From: Microcoleus sp.
GTDB lineage: Bacteria > Cyanobacteriota > Cyanobacteriia > Cyanobacteriales > Microcoleaceae
Direction of reading: 5' to 3'
Assembly (NCBI GenBank): GCA_052279835.1
Contig: CP181291.1
Span: forward strand, 5,696,001 to 5,760,000
DNA length: 64,000 nucleotides
Position numbers and translations under genes: made by a program. The notes beneath the pieces are model-generated. The model saw only the letters and a program-made list of their open reading frames with translations. It was not told the origin of the DNA and ran no database searches. Below are positions 11,959 through 23,830 of this stretch, one piece after another. Each line of letters starts with the position of its first letter. Within the stretch, counting starts at the first letter, position 1.

Positions 11959-12009
11959 TAAACTGCTTGGAGGTTCCAGTAATTTACTTCTTCCCAGTAG
12001 AGATTATCC

Positions 12010-12065
12010 ACTTCTTCCCACTTCTTCCCACTTCTTCCTACTTCTTCCTTCGCGTCTTCGCGGTT
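12010..12065. repeat. 10-mer (acttcttccc-like) x4 followed by cttcgcgtcttcgcggtt repeat
   Basis: Read directly from the sequence. Confidence 0.7.
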
Positions 12066-12196
12066 CAATAATACTACTCCCAACAGTACCCCTAAAACTT
12101 AAACTTGTGTCAAAAGTACCCAAATGTGCTATATTCAACCCCGTAAACCCTGAATTGCACTTTCAGGTATGCCAAATTTATCAACGAGTCAACTAA

Positions 12197-13849
12197 ATGC
12201 CCCCTACTTTCAAGAAACTAGCTGCGATCGCCATTTTTTTTGTAGCCATAAAAGTTGTAGTTGACTCCCCATACTTCAAAGAAACCAAAGATTCGATCGC
12301 CCACCGAAACGAAGCAAGTGCCACATTAGACACCCCAAGCCTGCGCCAAACAGCCACACACCAGCCCCCAGCAGCAGCTCAAACACCAGTCGATCGCAAC
12401 TTTGATATCGTAGTCTATGGCGACGAAGTACCGGGGATATGTGCAGCTATCTGGGCCAAGAAAACCCTAGGTGCAAAGGGAAAAGTAGCCGTAGTGCGAT
12501 CGAACCATGAAACCGCAATGTTAGGCGGCGTACTCACCCGCGGCGGTTTAGGCTACGTCGATTTAGATAAAATCCCCGATTGGTACAACCAACCCTACGC
12601 CCAATGCTTCCGGGAATTCCTCGACAAAGCCAACGTCCCCGAATCATGCTTACAACCAAAAACGGCAGATAAAGCACTCAAAGAAATGCTGTCATCAGCC
12701 GATGTTCAACTGATTTCCAACACGACTCTTGTTCCCCACGTAGTCGATCGCAAAATCGAATATGCCGAAGTAAAAGACAGTGGAGTTAAAATCAAAGCTA
12801 ACTCTTACATAGACGTAACTCAAGACGCCGAATTCGCCAGAAAAGCCGGATTATCCTATTATACAGGATATGAATCCCAAAACATAAAATCCAAAAATGA
12901 AACCTTAGCGATATCGATAGTTCCGACAATTACCGGCTTAACGATGTCCGACCTCCGCAGAATGGAAGATGACATTCTTTACAACACACCTTTAGTAGAA
13001 AAAATCAAAGCCAGCATTACCAAATATAAAGATGATGCCAGTACCGAATTTTGGATGAGGAATTTCCTAAGCACGATTTATCAAGCCTACCGAGACGGAT
13101 ACAATATTAGAAGCGTAGCCCTCGGAGCGGCCTATCATGTAGACAGAAATTTGCCCTTTACTCAAGACAAAGGCTTCTTTTTTGACAAAGCCAATATTTG
13201 CGTTTATCAAGACAATTCTATGTCATGGAACGGCTTCCTATTTAAATATCAAGTTGACCAACTGATGAAAATGGAAGCGAACGACAAAAAACCGACCCCT
13301 GAGATGCTGAAAGAAATGTCATATCTGCAAGAATGGCTGCAAAAAAAAGCAGGTAAAGATGTCAGAGTATTTATCCCCGATGAGGTTTATATCAGGCAAA
13401 CTTTGAACGTTCGGGATGTAGTAGCACCGCTGACAGGAAAGGAAATCATTAAAGGAGGAACAGAACCAGAAAAGTCGATCGGCAGTTTTTCCTATGATTT
13501 CGATTTGCGCGGCGGAGTCAAGGATTTGTCATCGAGAATTCCAGGATTGCCCGTGTATAATTTTGGCATAGAAAGTGCATTGGCTAGCAAAGTGAATAAT
13601 TTGGCGATCGTGGGGCGTTCTTCAGGGTATGTTGGTATGGCAGTATCAGTGGGGCGTATTGCGACAGTGAATATTTATCAAGGACAAGGTGTGGGCGTGG
13701 CGGCCGGTTTGGCTAGCAAATTGGGCGTACCATTGAATACAATTACTTCTGCTAAAACGAGACAAACTTTGGAGACTTTGACTGGAAAAACTACTTATTT
13801 ATCGGGGAGAGATACGAGTTATGGGGTGGATTATAAAGAAGTGAAATAG
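12197..13849 (+). CDS. FAD-dependent oxidoreductase with N-terminal signal/anchor
   Basis: Degenerate Rossmann motif FDIVVYGDEVPGICAA, LGGVLTRGG, YIDVTQDAEFA, NLAIVGRSSG, GQGVGVAA. Confidence 0.7.
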   Translation: MPPTFKKLAAIAIFFVAIKVVVDSPYFKETKDSIAHRNEASATLDTPSLRQTATHQPPAAAQTPVDRNFDIVVYGDEVPGICAAIWAKKTLGAKGKVAVVRSNHETAMLGGVLTRGGLGYVDLDKIPDWYNQPYAQCFREFLDKANVPESCLQPKTADKALKEMLSSADVQLISNTTLVPHVVDRKIEYAEVKDSGVKIKANSYIDVTQDAEFARKAGLSYYTGYESQNIKSKNETLAISIVPTITGLTMSDLRRMEDDILYNTPLVEKIKASITKYKDDASTEFWMRNFLSTIYQAYRDGYNIRSVALGAAYHVDRNLPFTQDKGFFFDKANICVYQDNSMSWNGFLFKYQVDQLMKMEANDKKPTPEMLKEMSYLQEWLQKKAGKDVRVFIPDEVYIRQTLNVRDVVAPLTGKEIIKGGTEPEKSIGSFSYDFDLRGGVKDLSSRIPGLPVYNFGIESALASKVNNLAIVGRSSGYVGMAVSVGRIATVNIYQGQGVGVAAGLASKLGVPLNTITSAKTRQTLETLTGKTTYLSGRDTSYGVDYKEVK

Positions 13850-14770
13850 ATATTAAGAGGATTTTACCACAGAGAGCGCAGAGAGCGCAGAGAGCGCAGA
13901 GAGGTTTTTTACGACATCAAAAACCCTTGCAATACTCTTCCCTCTGTGTCCTCTGCGCCCTCTGCGGTTCAAAACTCTTATCTTGATGGAGTGGATTATA
14001 AAGAAGTGAAATAGATCTTAAGAATATTTTACCACAGAGAGCGCAGAGAGCGCAGAGAGGGGAGGGATGAGAGGTTTTTTACGACATCAAAAACCCTTGC
14101 AATACTCTTCCCTCTGTGTCCTCTGCGCCCTCTGCGGTTCAAAACTCTTATCTTGATGGAGTGGATTATAAAGAAGTGAAATAGATCTTAAGAATATTTT
14201 ACCACAGAGAGCGCAGAGAGCGCAGAGAGGGGAGGGATGAGAGGTTTTTTTACGACATCAAAAACCCTCGCCACACTCTTCCCTCTGTGTCCTCTGCGCC
14301 CTCTGCGGTTCAAAACTCTTCTCTGGATGGGGTGGATTATAAAGAGGTGAAATAGATCTTAAGAGGGTTTTACCACAGAGAGCGCAGAGAGCGCAGAGAG
14401 GGGAGGGATGAAAGGTTTTTTTACGACATCAAAAACCCTCGCCACACTCTTCCCTCTGTGTCCTCTGCGCCCTCTGCGGTTCAAAACTCTTCTCTGGATG
14501 GGGTGGATTATAAAGAGGTGAAATAGATCTTAAGAGGGTTTTACCACAGAGAGCGCAGAGAGCGCAGAGAGGGGAGGGATGAAAGGTTTTTTTACGACAT
14601 CAAAAACCCTCGCCACACTCTTCCCTCTGTGTCCTCTGCGCCCTCTGCGGTTCAAAACTCTTCTCTGGATGGGGTGGATTATAAAGAGGTGAAATAGATC
14701 TTAAGAGGGTTTTACCACAGAGAGCGCAGAGAGCGCAGAGAGGGGAGGGATGAAAGGTTTTTTTACGACA
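13821..14770. repeat. Tandem array of 165-171 bp units (5 complete plus 1 partial)
   Basis: gtggattata recurs at 13826, 13991, 14161, 14332, 14503 and 14674. Each unit holds inverted (CGCAGAG)n / (CTCTGCG)n arms. Confidence 0.97.
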
Positions 14771-15140
14771 GGATGATGCGACGGATTCCTTCTTTTAAAA
14801 AGCGGACGTTAAAGTTGATGAGAAGACCGAGAGGATAACCAGTCATTTTCAGATATGATATAACTTGAGCTTCATGGATAGGAAGTATAGTTTGGACTGA
14901 CTTTAATTCAACAATGAGAGTGTTGGCAATCAGCATATCGTATCTGCCTTCCCCAACGACAACACCCTTGTAAAAGACATTTACCGTAGGTTGAGCATCA
15001 AAAGGAATTCCCCGGCGCGAGAGTTCTTCACGCAACGAATTCTCATATACCGCTTCCAAAAACCCCGGCCCCAACTCCTTATGAACCTCCATCGCCGCCC
15101 CAATCACAGCGTAACTCAATTCATTAAGATCCTCTGCCAA
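14763..15140 (-). CDS. GxxExxY protein (PD-(D/E)XK-like, PDDEXK_3)
   Basis: LGPGFLEAVYE, D...IVELKSV, AQVISYLK, GLLINF; 125 aa. Confidence 0.92.
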   Translation of the reverse strand: MAEDLNELSYAVIGAAMEVHKELGPGFLEAVYENSLREELSRRGIPFDAQPTVNVFYKGVVVGEGRYDMLIANTLIVELKSVQTILPIHEAQVISYLKMTGYPLGLLINFNVRFLKEGIRRIILS

Positions 15141-15294
15141 CTTCCCTCTCCTGTTTCAAACCAATATCAAAATCATAATCCAAAATCCTCGCAACACTCT
15201 TCCCTCTGCGCCAAGAGCGCCCTCTGCGGTTCAAATCTCTTCTCCTCCCTCTCCTGTGGCACAATCATAAATAAGATCAAACTCTCAAGCCACC

Positions 15295-18114
15295 ATGACC
15301 GCAAACCTACCACCCCAATACGACCCCAAAGCCACCGAAGCCAAATGGCAAAAATACTGGGAAGACAACGAAACCTTCAAAGCTGACCCTGAAGGCGGCG
15401 GCGAACCTTACTGCGTCGTCATCCCGCCGCCCAACGTGACGGGCAGTCTCCACATGGGACACGCTTTTGAAGAAACGCTGATTGATGTCCTGGTGCGCTA
15501 TCAACGGATGACTGGGCGCAATACTCTGTGGTTGCCGGGAACGGATCATGCTAGCATCGCAGTTCAAACTATTCTCGAAAAGCAACTCAAAGCTGAAGGC
15601 AAAACTCGCTACGATTTAGGCCGAGAAAAATTCTTGGAAAAAGCCTGGGAGTGGAAAGCTGAGTCTGGCAATACTATTACTAATCAATTGCGCAGTTTGG
15701 GCGTGTCTGTGGATTGGTCGCGAGAACGCTTTACGATGGATGAAGGTTTATCCGCTGCGGTTTTAGAAGCCTTTGTTCGACTGTATGATGAGGGGCTGAT
15801 TTATCGCGGCAATTATTTGGTGAATTGGTGTCCCGCGAGTCAGTCTGCTGTGTCGGATTTGGAAGTTGACCAGCAGGAAGTTGACGGGCATTTGTGGCAT
15901 TTCCGCTATCCTTTGACGGATGGTTCTGGTTATTTGGAGGTGGCGACGACTCGACCGGAAACGATGTTGGGCGATACGGCGGTGGCTGTGAATCCAGAGG
16001 ACGATCGCTACCAACATCTTATCGGTAAAACTGTGACTTTGCCCATTGTGAATCGGGAAATTCCGGTGATTGCTGATGAGTTTGTCGATCGCACTTTTGG
16101 TACGGGCTGCGTTAAAGTCACTCCCGCCCACGATCCGAACGATTTCGATATGGGCAAGCGCCACAATTTGGCGTTTATTAACATCATGAATAAGGACGGC
16201 AGTTTAAATGAAAATGCCGGAGAGTTCCAAGGACAAGATAGATTTGTGGCGCGCAAAAATGTCGTCGGGCGTTTAGAAACTGACGGAGTTTTGGTTAAAA
16301 TAGAAGATTACAAGCATGCGGTACCTTTTAGCGAGCGCGGCAAAGTCCCCGTTGAACCTTTACTGTCTACTCAATGGTTTGTGAAAATTAATCCTCTTTC
16401 TGAACGCGCTTTAGCAGCCTTAGATGAAGAGAATTCACCAGTCTTTGTGCCGGAAAGATGGACAAAGGTTTATCGGGATTGGTTGGTAAAGTTGAAAGAT
16501 TGGTGCATTTCCCGACAATTGTGGTGGGGACACCAAATCCCGGCTTGGTATGCTGTTAGCGAAACTCAGGGAGAAATTACTGACTCGACTCCATTTGTGG
16601 TGGCAAAAACTGAAGCTGAAGCTAGGGAAAAAGCTGCGGCTAAATTTGGTCAAGATGTACAGTTAGCAAGAGATCCAGATGTTTTGGATACTTGGTTTTC
16701 TTCTGGGTTATGGCCTTTTTCTACTTTGGGATGGCCGGATGAAACTAAGGATTTAGATTTTTATTATCCGACAACTACTTTGGTTACTGGTTTTGATATC
16801 ATCTTTTTCTGGGTGGCTAGAATGACGATGATGGCCGGACATTTTACTGAAAAGATGCCTTTTGATACTGTTTACATTCACGGTTTGGTGTTGGATGAAA
16901 ATGGTCAGAAAATGTCTAAGAGTAAAAATAATGGTATCGATCCGCTACTGTTGATTGGTAAGTACGGGACTGATGCTTTGCGCTATACTTTGGTTAAGGA
17001 AGTGGTAGGGGCTGGTCAAAATATTCGCTTGGAATACGATCGCAAAACTGATGAGTCTAAATCGGTGGAAGCTTCGCGGAATTTTACTAATAAGTTGTGG
17101 AATGCTGCGCGGTTTGTGATGATGAATCTGGAGGGACAGACTCCGCAGCAATTGGGGAATCCTTACCCCCAGACCACCATAGGGGATGTGCCCCCGTGCC
17201 CGCCCCAGCCCACCGTAGGGGCGGTGCCCCCGTGCCCGCTCTTGGAATTGTGCGATCGCTGGATTCTTTCTCGCTACTATCAAGTAGTGCAGCAAAGTCG
17301 TAACGATTTTGAAACTTACGCTTTTGGGGAAGCGGCGAAGGGACTTTATGAGTTTATTTGGGGCGATTTCTGTGACTGGTATATTGAATTGGTCAAGTCT
17401 CGCTTACAACAGGATGCTGAACCGAATTCTAAGAAAGCGGCACAGCAAACTTTTGCTTTTGTTTTGGAAGGTATTCTGAAACTTTTGCATCCTTTTATGC
17501 CTCACATTACTGAGGAGATTTGGCACACTTTGACTCAAACAGGTGAGGATGAATGTTTGGCTTTGCAAAGTTATCCTGAAGTGCAAGCATCCCTAATCGA
17601 TTCTGAGTTAGAACAGCAGTTTGAGTTGTTATTTGGTACGATTCGGACTATTCGGAATTTGCGGGCTGATACTGATATCAAGCCGGGAGTTAAGGTGACG
17701 GCGATTTTGCAAAGTGAAAGCGCTAAAGAACGCCAGATTCTCTCAGATTGTGCTATCTACATTCAGGATTTGGCAAGAGTGGAAAATCTGACGATTGCTG
17801 CTAGTTTGGATGCAGAACCCCCCCTTAATCCCCCCCTTGGTAAGGGGGGGCAGGGGGGGTCAATTGCTGGAGTTGTGGGTACTGTACAAGTATTGATTCC
17901 TTTGGCAGGAGTTGTGGATTTGGTGGCTTTGCGTGCTAAGTTGGAAAAGAAGTTGGCTAAGATAGAAGGGGAAATTAAGCATACTTCGGCGCGTTTGACT
18001 AATCAGAAGTTTGTGGAAAAGGCCGATCCACAAGTTGTTCAGGTGGCGCGGGATGGTTTGGCGGAAGCGGAAAAACAGGCGGAAATTTTGCGCGATCGGC
18101 TTAGGTTATTCTAA
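15295..18114 (+). CDS. valS: Valine--tRNA ligase with two repeat-derived in-frame insertions
   Basis: [30 protein letters not shown]-terminal coiled coil. Confidence 0.97.
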   Translation: MTANLPPQYDPKATEAKWQKYWEDNETFKADPEGGGEPYCVVIPPPNVTGSLHMGHAFEETLIDVLVRYQRMTGRNTLWLPGTDHASIAVQTILEKQLKAEGKTRYDLGREKFLEKAWEWKAESGNTITNQLRSLGVSVDWSRERFTMDEGLSAAVLEAFVRLYDEGLIYRGNYLVNWCPASQSAVSDLEVDQQEVDGHLWHFRYPLTDGSGYLEVATTRPETMLGDTAVAVNPEDDRYQHLIGKTVTLPIVNREIPVIADEFVDRTFGTGCVKVTPAHDPNDFDMGKRHNLAFINIMNKDGSLNENAGEFQGQDRFVARKNVVGRLETDGVLVKIEDYKHAVPFSERGKVPVEPLLSTQWFVKINPLSERALAALDEENSPVFVPERWTKVYRDWLVKLKDWCISRQLWWGHQIPAWYAVSETQGEITDSTPFVVAKTEAEAREKAAAKFGQDVQLARDPDVLDTWFSSGLWPFSTLGWPDETKDLDFYYPTTTLVTGFDIIFFWVARMTMMAGHFTEKMPFDTVYIHGLVLDENGQKMSKSKNNGIDPLLLIGKYGTDALRYTLVKEVVGAGQNIRLEYDRKTDESKSVEASRNFTNKLWNAARFVMMNLEGQTPQQLGNPYPQTTIGDVPPCPPQPTVGAVPPCPLLELCDRWILSRYYQVVQQSRNDFETYAFGEAAKGLYEFIWGDFCDWYIELVKSRLQQDAEPNSKKAAQQTFAFVLEGILKLLHPFMPHITEEIWHTLTQTGEDECLALQSYPEVQASLIDSELEQQFELLFGTIRTIRNLRADTDIKPGVKVTAILQSESAKERQILSDCAIYIQDLARVENLTIAASLDAEPPLNPPLGKGGQGGSIAGVVGTVQVLIPLAGVVDLVALRAKLEKKLAKIEGEIKHTSARLTNQKFVEKADPQVVQVARDGLAEAEKQAEILRDRLRLF

Positions 18115-18313
18115 TCGATATCTCCCATAATTATTGTGGAACAGGCTGTCTGGCTTGTTCTTCACAGGCTTTTTGGAAGATGTTAACCCGAAGGGTCGGG
18201 GCGGGTTTTTGAGATATTTAGTTTTGGGCAGAGATTGTTGGTAAAACCCGCCCGTACCAGATGGTAAATCAAACAAGTAACCAATAACAAATAACCCATA
18301 ACTAATAACCGTT

Positions 18314-18769
18314 ATGCTATATTTAGCTCAAGTAAAAAATCAGGAAGTTTTAGGCGAAGCCTCTCTGGAATTGTTGGCTTGTCAAAATGCTGATGATAGT
18401 TGGGCGATTCTTTCTGAACAAAAGGTATTGACTTTACCTAAAATTTTTGCTGAGGTGTCCAATAATTTTGTAGGTAATATCTTGAATGAAGGTGTTTTAG
18501 TATTAGCAGATATTGGGGAAAATAGTGAAATTGTGAATCTGCGATCCGCTACTAATTGGGTAGTGGAATTAGTCGATAAGTATCTGAAAAATGGTATTAC
18601 ACTTGAATTTTTGCAGCTAGAAGCCGAGAAAGCAGAAGAATGGCGGCAATCTCTGACTTTGCAAAGTCAAGAATTATCTCGTCGTTTGATTGAAGTAGAA
18701 GCGCGTCGGGAACAAATTCAAAATTTAGAAGCAAAATTCCAGAAAACAGCAGTTGAACCCGCCGAATAA
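18314..18769 (+). CDS. Conserved hypothetical protein resembling the HmpF N-terminus
   Basis: MLYLAQV...LELLACQ...W and EEWRQSLTLQSQELSRR..E.EARREQ. Confidence 0.6.
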   Translation: MLYLAQVKNQEVLGEASLELLACQNADDSWAILSEQKVLTLPKIFAEVSNNFVGNILNEGVLVLADIGENSEIVNLRSATNWVVELVDKYLKNGITLEFLQLEAEKAEEWRQSLTLQSQELSRRLIEVEARREQIQNLEAKFQKTAVEPAE

Positions 18770-18834
18770 AATTCTGATACTGCACAAACAAAGTCCCAGC
18801 AGAGTGGGACTAAGATATCAGCACTATCATTGGG

Positions 18835-19764
18835 CTAAAGAATTTTGGATTTCAGCCAAGCAGCGGGGAGACACTGCAATTTCTGAAAATTGGTAACGTA
18901 GGCCCGCTTCTGGAACACATCGTACTGATTGCGTTCGATCGCATTTAAGATTCTGCTATAGAGCATGGTAGCAGCCCACACAGTCCAACGGATATCGGGA
19001 CTGAGCACTTTGATTCCTGGTTCGGCGCTAGCATATAATTTGCGAGCTCGCTGAATTTGAAAGCGCATTAATTCCCGCCAGCGGTTGTCATTTACGCCGT
19101 TGAATAAGTCTTCTTCGGTGTAGTTAAACAGTGCTAAGTCTTCTAGGGGAATATAAATGCGGCCGCGGCGGGCATCTTCTCCGACATCGCGCAGAATGTT
19201 AGTTAACTGTTTGGCGATACCAAGGGCTATGGCTTCTTCTTTTGGAATTTTATTACCCCAATGCCAATTCCAGTTAGCTGCGGAGTTTGATTGGTCCACA
19301 CCCATGACAGACATCGACATCAGCCCGACGGTACCGGCTACTCGATAGCAGTAAAGATTGAGCTCTTCAAAAGTTTCGTACCGGCTGCGGTACAAGTCCA
19401 TTTGTTGACCCGCAATCATCTCTCGAAAGGGTTGAATGTCGATAGGGAAACGAGACAACGTATCTACCAAAGCTACGTCGTAGTCGTCGTGGGGGTGGCC
19501 GGCAAACACCGATTCTAGGCGTTTTTCCCACAGATTGAGGGTTTCAGGAGTTGTTGCATCAGAACCGGGCCCGTCTACGAGTTCGTCGGTGCGGCGGCAC
19601 CAGACGTAAATCGCCCAAATGGCCCGACGCTTGGCTTCGGGCATGAGTTGAGTGCCTAAATAAAAATTTTTGGCATAACTCGCCGTGACTTGGCGGCACA
19701 GTTCGTAGGATTCATCCACAGAGGCCAGAGTTCTCATGCACTGGAGTTTTGACAGTTGCAGCAT
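18835..19764 (-). CDS. crtB: Phytoene synthase
   Basis: WCRRTDELVD, YCYRVAGTVG, QLTNILRDVGED; follows crtP. Confidence 0.95.
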   Translation of the reverse strand: MLQLSKLQCMRTLASVDESYELCRQVTASYAKNFYLGTQLMPEAKRRAIWAIYVWCRRTDELVDGPGSDATTPETLNLWEKRLESVFAGHPHDDYDVALVDTLSRFPIDIQPFREMIAGQQMDLYRSRYETFEELNLYCYRVAGTVGLMSMSVMGVDQSNSAANWNWHWGNKIPKEEAIALGIAKQLTNILRDVGEDARRGRIYIPLEDLALFNYTEEDLFNGVNDNRWRELMRFQIQRARKLYASAEPGIKVLSPDIRWTVWAATMLYSRILNAIERNQYDVFQKRAYVTNFQKLQCLPAAWLKSKIL

Positions 19765-19856
19765 CCGAGAATAAGAAATTTAAAGATTAGAACTGACATT
19801 CTCCCGTCTAGAAAACGGGAGATTCTTTTACCTTTTTATGAAAAATGCTTAATTTT

Positions 19857-21236
<1,380 letters not shown>

Positions 21237-21266
21237 CTACTTGGCCTCTGTGTTCGCTTCGGTTTA

Positions 21267-21291
21267 ATTATAGTTTACAACTCGTTACATT
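21267..21291 (-). promoter_or_regulatory. crtP promoter: -10 TATAAT next to an HLR1-like (RpaB) direct repeat
   Basis: TTTACAAC-tc-GTTACATT at 21274-21291; attata (TATAAT on minus strand) at 21267-21272. Confidence 0.55.
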
Positions 21292-21349
21292 TTTTGGGGA
21301 ACTTGAGCCTGTCCCCGTGACGTGGGGTGTACTTAAGACTGGATCAGAA

Positions 21350-21388
21350 CAATGACCTAGAATTTGCCTGGGGAATTCTAGGTCATTG
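21350..21388. terminator. 15-bp-stem hairpin downstream of rnz
   Basis: caatgacctagaatt...aattctaggtcattg. Confidence 0.55.
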
Positions 21389-21405
21389 GTCAACTCAGTT
21401 CCAGT

Positions 21406-22344
21406 CTAGTTGGAAACTGGTCTGGGTACTTCGTAGGTCAAAAAGTCATAGGCCATTTTTGTATTCGGAAAAATAGCCTGGGCTTCCTTGAGCAAATCAT
21501 CTAGGACGATGGGATTTCCCGGAGCGTAACGGGGACTAAAATGGGTCATAATTAGCTGTTTCGCCCCAGCACTCAAAGCCACTTGAGCAGCCATTGTCGA
21601 AGTTGAATGGAGGCGATCGAAGGCCATTTGAGCATCTTGATGAGCAAAAGTAGCTTCATGCACTAACAAGTCCGCATCCTTGGCCAATTCCACAGCACCG
21701 TCACAATAAACTGTGTCCGTACAATACACAAACTTCCTACCGATTTGATCTGGTCCACAAAAATCAGTGCCTTTAAACTCCCGCCCATCCGATAACTTGA
21801 TTGTTTTTCCTTGTTTTAATTGACCGTAAACAGGCCCGGAAGGAATACCAACTGCCTTCGCTTTTTCGACATCAAAATGTCCGGGACGGTCTTTCTCGGT
21901 TATGCGGTAGCCAAATGCAGTAACTCGATGCTTCAAAGGGCCGCAACTCACAATATATTCGTCATCTTCATAGATGACTCCTGGATGACTTTTGTGGACT
22001 TTCACTGGGTATGAAAAATGGGTTTGGGAATAGCGAACTCCAGCTTGCAAATATTCTTCAAGTCCCGGAGGCCCGTAAATATCGATGCGCTTGACATTCC
22101 CCGCTAAACCGCAGCTAGCCAGCAAACCCATTAAGCCGAAAATGTGGTCGCCGTGTAGGTGGGTGATGAAAATGCGGGTGAGTTGGCTGACTTTGAGCTC
22201 GCTGCGCAGGAATTGGTGCTGGGTTCCTTCGCCGCAGTCAAATAGCCAGAGTTCTGCTCGCTGGGGCAAGCGGAGGGCGATGCTGGAAACGTTGCGCGAT
22301 CGCGTGGGTACGCCTGAGCTAGTTCCGAGAAATGTAATCTGCAA
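21406..22344 (-). CDS. rnz: Ribonuclease Z
   Basis: [35 protein letters not shown]. Confidence 0.95.
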   Translation of the reverse strand: MQITFLGTSSGVPTRSRNVSSIALRLPQRAELWLFDCGEGTQHQFLRSELKVSQLTRIFITHLHGDHIFGLMGLLASCGLAGNVKRIDIYGPPGLEEYLQAGVRYSQTHFSYPVKVHKSHPGVIYEDDEYIVSCGPLKHRVTAFGYRITEKDRPGHFDVEKAKAVGIPSGPVYGQLKQGKTIKLSDGREFKGTDFCGPDQIGRKFVYCTDTVYCDGAVELAKDADLLVHEATFAHQDAQMAFDRLHSTSTMAAQVALSAGAKQLIMTHFSPRYAPGNPIVLDDLLKEAQAIFPNTKMAYDFLTYEVPRPVSN

Positions 22345-22608
22345 GAGTCAAATCACCTCAATTTAAAGTTAAAAAATATGTTACATATATCCAGAGTGCG
22401 GCTAATCCGACCTTCAGGAAATGCTGACGGACAGGAATTGGCATCAATCCCTGTTCCTGGGAGGATCTACTCGCTCAAATCATTTTTGACGCGCGCAGAG
22501 AGTGTTAAACCCAATTCTAACGTTTTCTTTCGGCTATTCCCTTGCTTTTTCCCTTGGCGAACCATCTCGAACTTTAAAATTTGTACATAACAGGAGGAAA
22601 ATTATCAA

Positions 22609-23784
22609 ATGCAGCCAGGAGTGTTCTTTGCTTCCTTTGTTTCGACATTAGGAAAACGCTATTTTTGGATTTCGCTGTTGTTTTGGCTGGTAATGGTAGC
22701 CCCAGCACAGGCGGCGTTGATCTTGCGAGTGGCAATCCAAGACGGGGCAAGTCAGGTAAGAGTTGGCAGTTCCACTAAGGCTGCAATCCGGGATGGTAGT
22801 GGCCGTAATTTGGGTGAGTTGACGGCAAACAGTGCTTTGTCTGCTCAATTTCGATCGGGAAAAGTGACCATTGGCTCCTGGGCTGCCAATCAAATTTGGA
22901 TCGAGCCGACGGGGAACGGTTATGTTTGGATTGGCGATCGATGGTATCGGGGACGCACTCTTGTGACTCCGCAAAAAAATGGCTTAACTGCCGTCAATTA
23001 TGTTGATATCGAAAAGTATCTCTACAGCGTTCTCGGCGCTGAAATGAGTGGCAATTGGCCTCAAGAGGCTTTGAAAGCCCAAGCCGTCGCCGCCCGTTCC
23101 TACGCTATCCATCAGCGCCTCAAAAGCGAAACCGACCTTTACGATGTAGATGCGACTCAATCTTCCCAGGTTTATAAAGGACTGCAAACAGAATCTTCGG
23201 GTACTTACTCTGCCGTGGATGCCACCACGGGTCAAGTTCTTACCTACAACAGTCAAATTATTTTAGCGGTATTCCACTCTGCTTCTGGGGGACATACTGA
23301 GAATGTTGAGGATGTTTGGACAGAAGCGTTGCCTTATCTGCGGGCTGTTCCCGATTTTGACCAAGGGGCACCTGTTTACCAGTGGAAAGAAAATTTTACA
23401 CAGGCTCAAATCAGCAATCGGATTTCTGGCGTTGGTAATGTGATCTCCATGAAGCCTGAACGCACCACAGCCTATGGTAGCGTGATTACGATGAAAGTAG
23501 TCGGAGATGGCGGTTCTAGGGTGATGACTGGTGCGGATCTGCGTCGGGTGCTGAATTTGAGGAGCACTCGCTTTACGGTGATTCCTCAGTATGGAGGGAT
23601 TTTTAGTGGCAGAAATAGCGGTAAGCCTCCGACGGGGTTTCAAATTGCTGGTAAAGGCTTCGGTCATGCTGTGGGCATGAGTCAGTGGGGGGCGTACAAT
23701 TTGGCAAGGCAGGGATATGGCTACCAGCAGATTTTGCTGCACTATTATCGGGGTGCTTCTTTGGCTAGAATTGCGGTGCAGTAA
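22609..23784 (+). CDS. SpoIID/LytB domain protein
   Basis: EALKAQAVAARSYA, QVYKG, GFGHAVGMSQWGA, QILLHYY; signal peptide. Confidence 0.9.
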   Translation: MQPGVFFASFVSTLGKRYFWISLLFWLVMVAPAQAALILRVAIQDGASQVRVGSSTKAAIRDGSGRNLGELTANSALSAQFRSGKVTIGSWAANQIWIEPTGNGYVWIGDRWYRGRTLVTPQKNGLTAVNYVDIEKYLYSVLGAEMSGNWPQEALKAQAVAARSYAIHQRLKSETDLYDVDATQSSQVYKGLQTESSGTYSAVDATTGQVLTYNSQIILAVFHSASGGHTENVEDVWTEALPYLRAVPDFDQGAPVYQWKENFTQAQISNRISGVGNVISMKPERTTAYGSVITMKVVGDGGSRVMTGADLRRVLNLRSTRFTVIPQYGGIFSGRNSGKPPTGFQIAGKGFGHAVGMSQWGAYNLARQGYGYQQILLHYYRGASLARIAVQ

Positions 23785-23830
23785 TTGGTAGGAATTTGTT
23801 ATTGGTTGAATGACTAAATACAGGATTGCT

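Noticed and set aside
11900..12196. 98-aa plus-strand ORF
   Set aside because: It is antisense to the PIN fragment and runs through a 10-mer repeat tract.
13821..14770. CRISPR array
   Set aside because: Units are about 171 bp and nearly identical throughout. There are no unique spacers and no cas genes.
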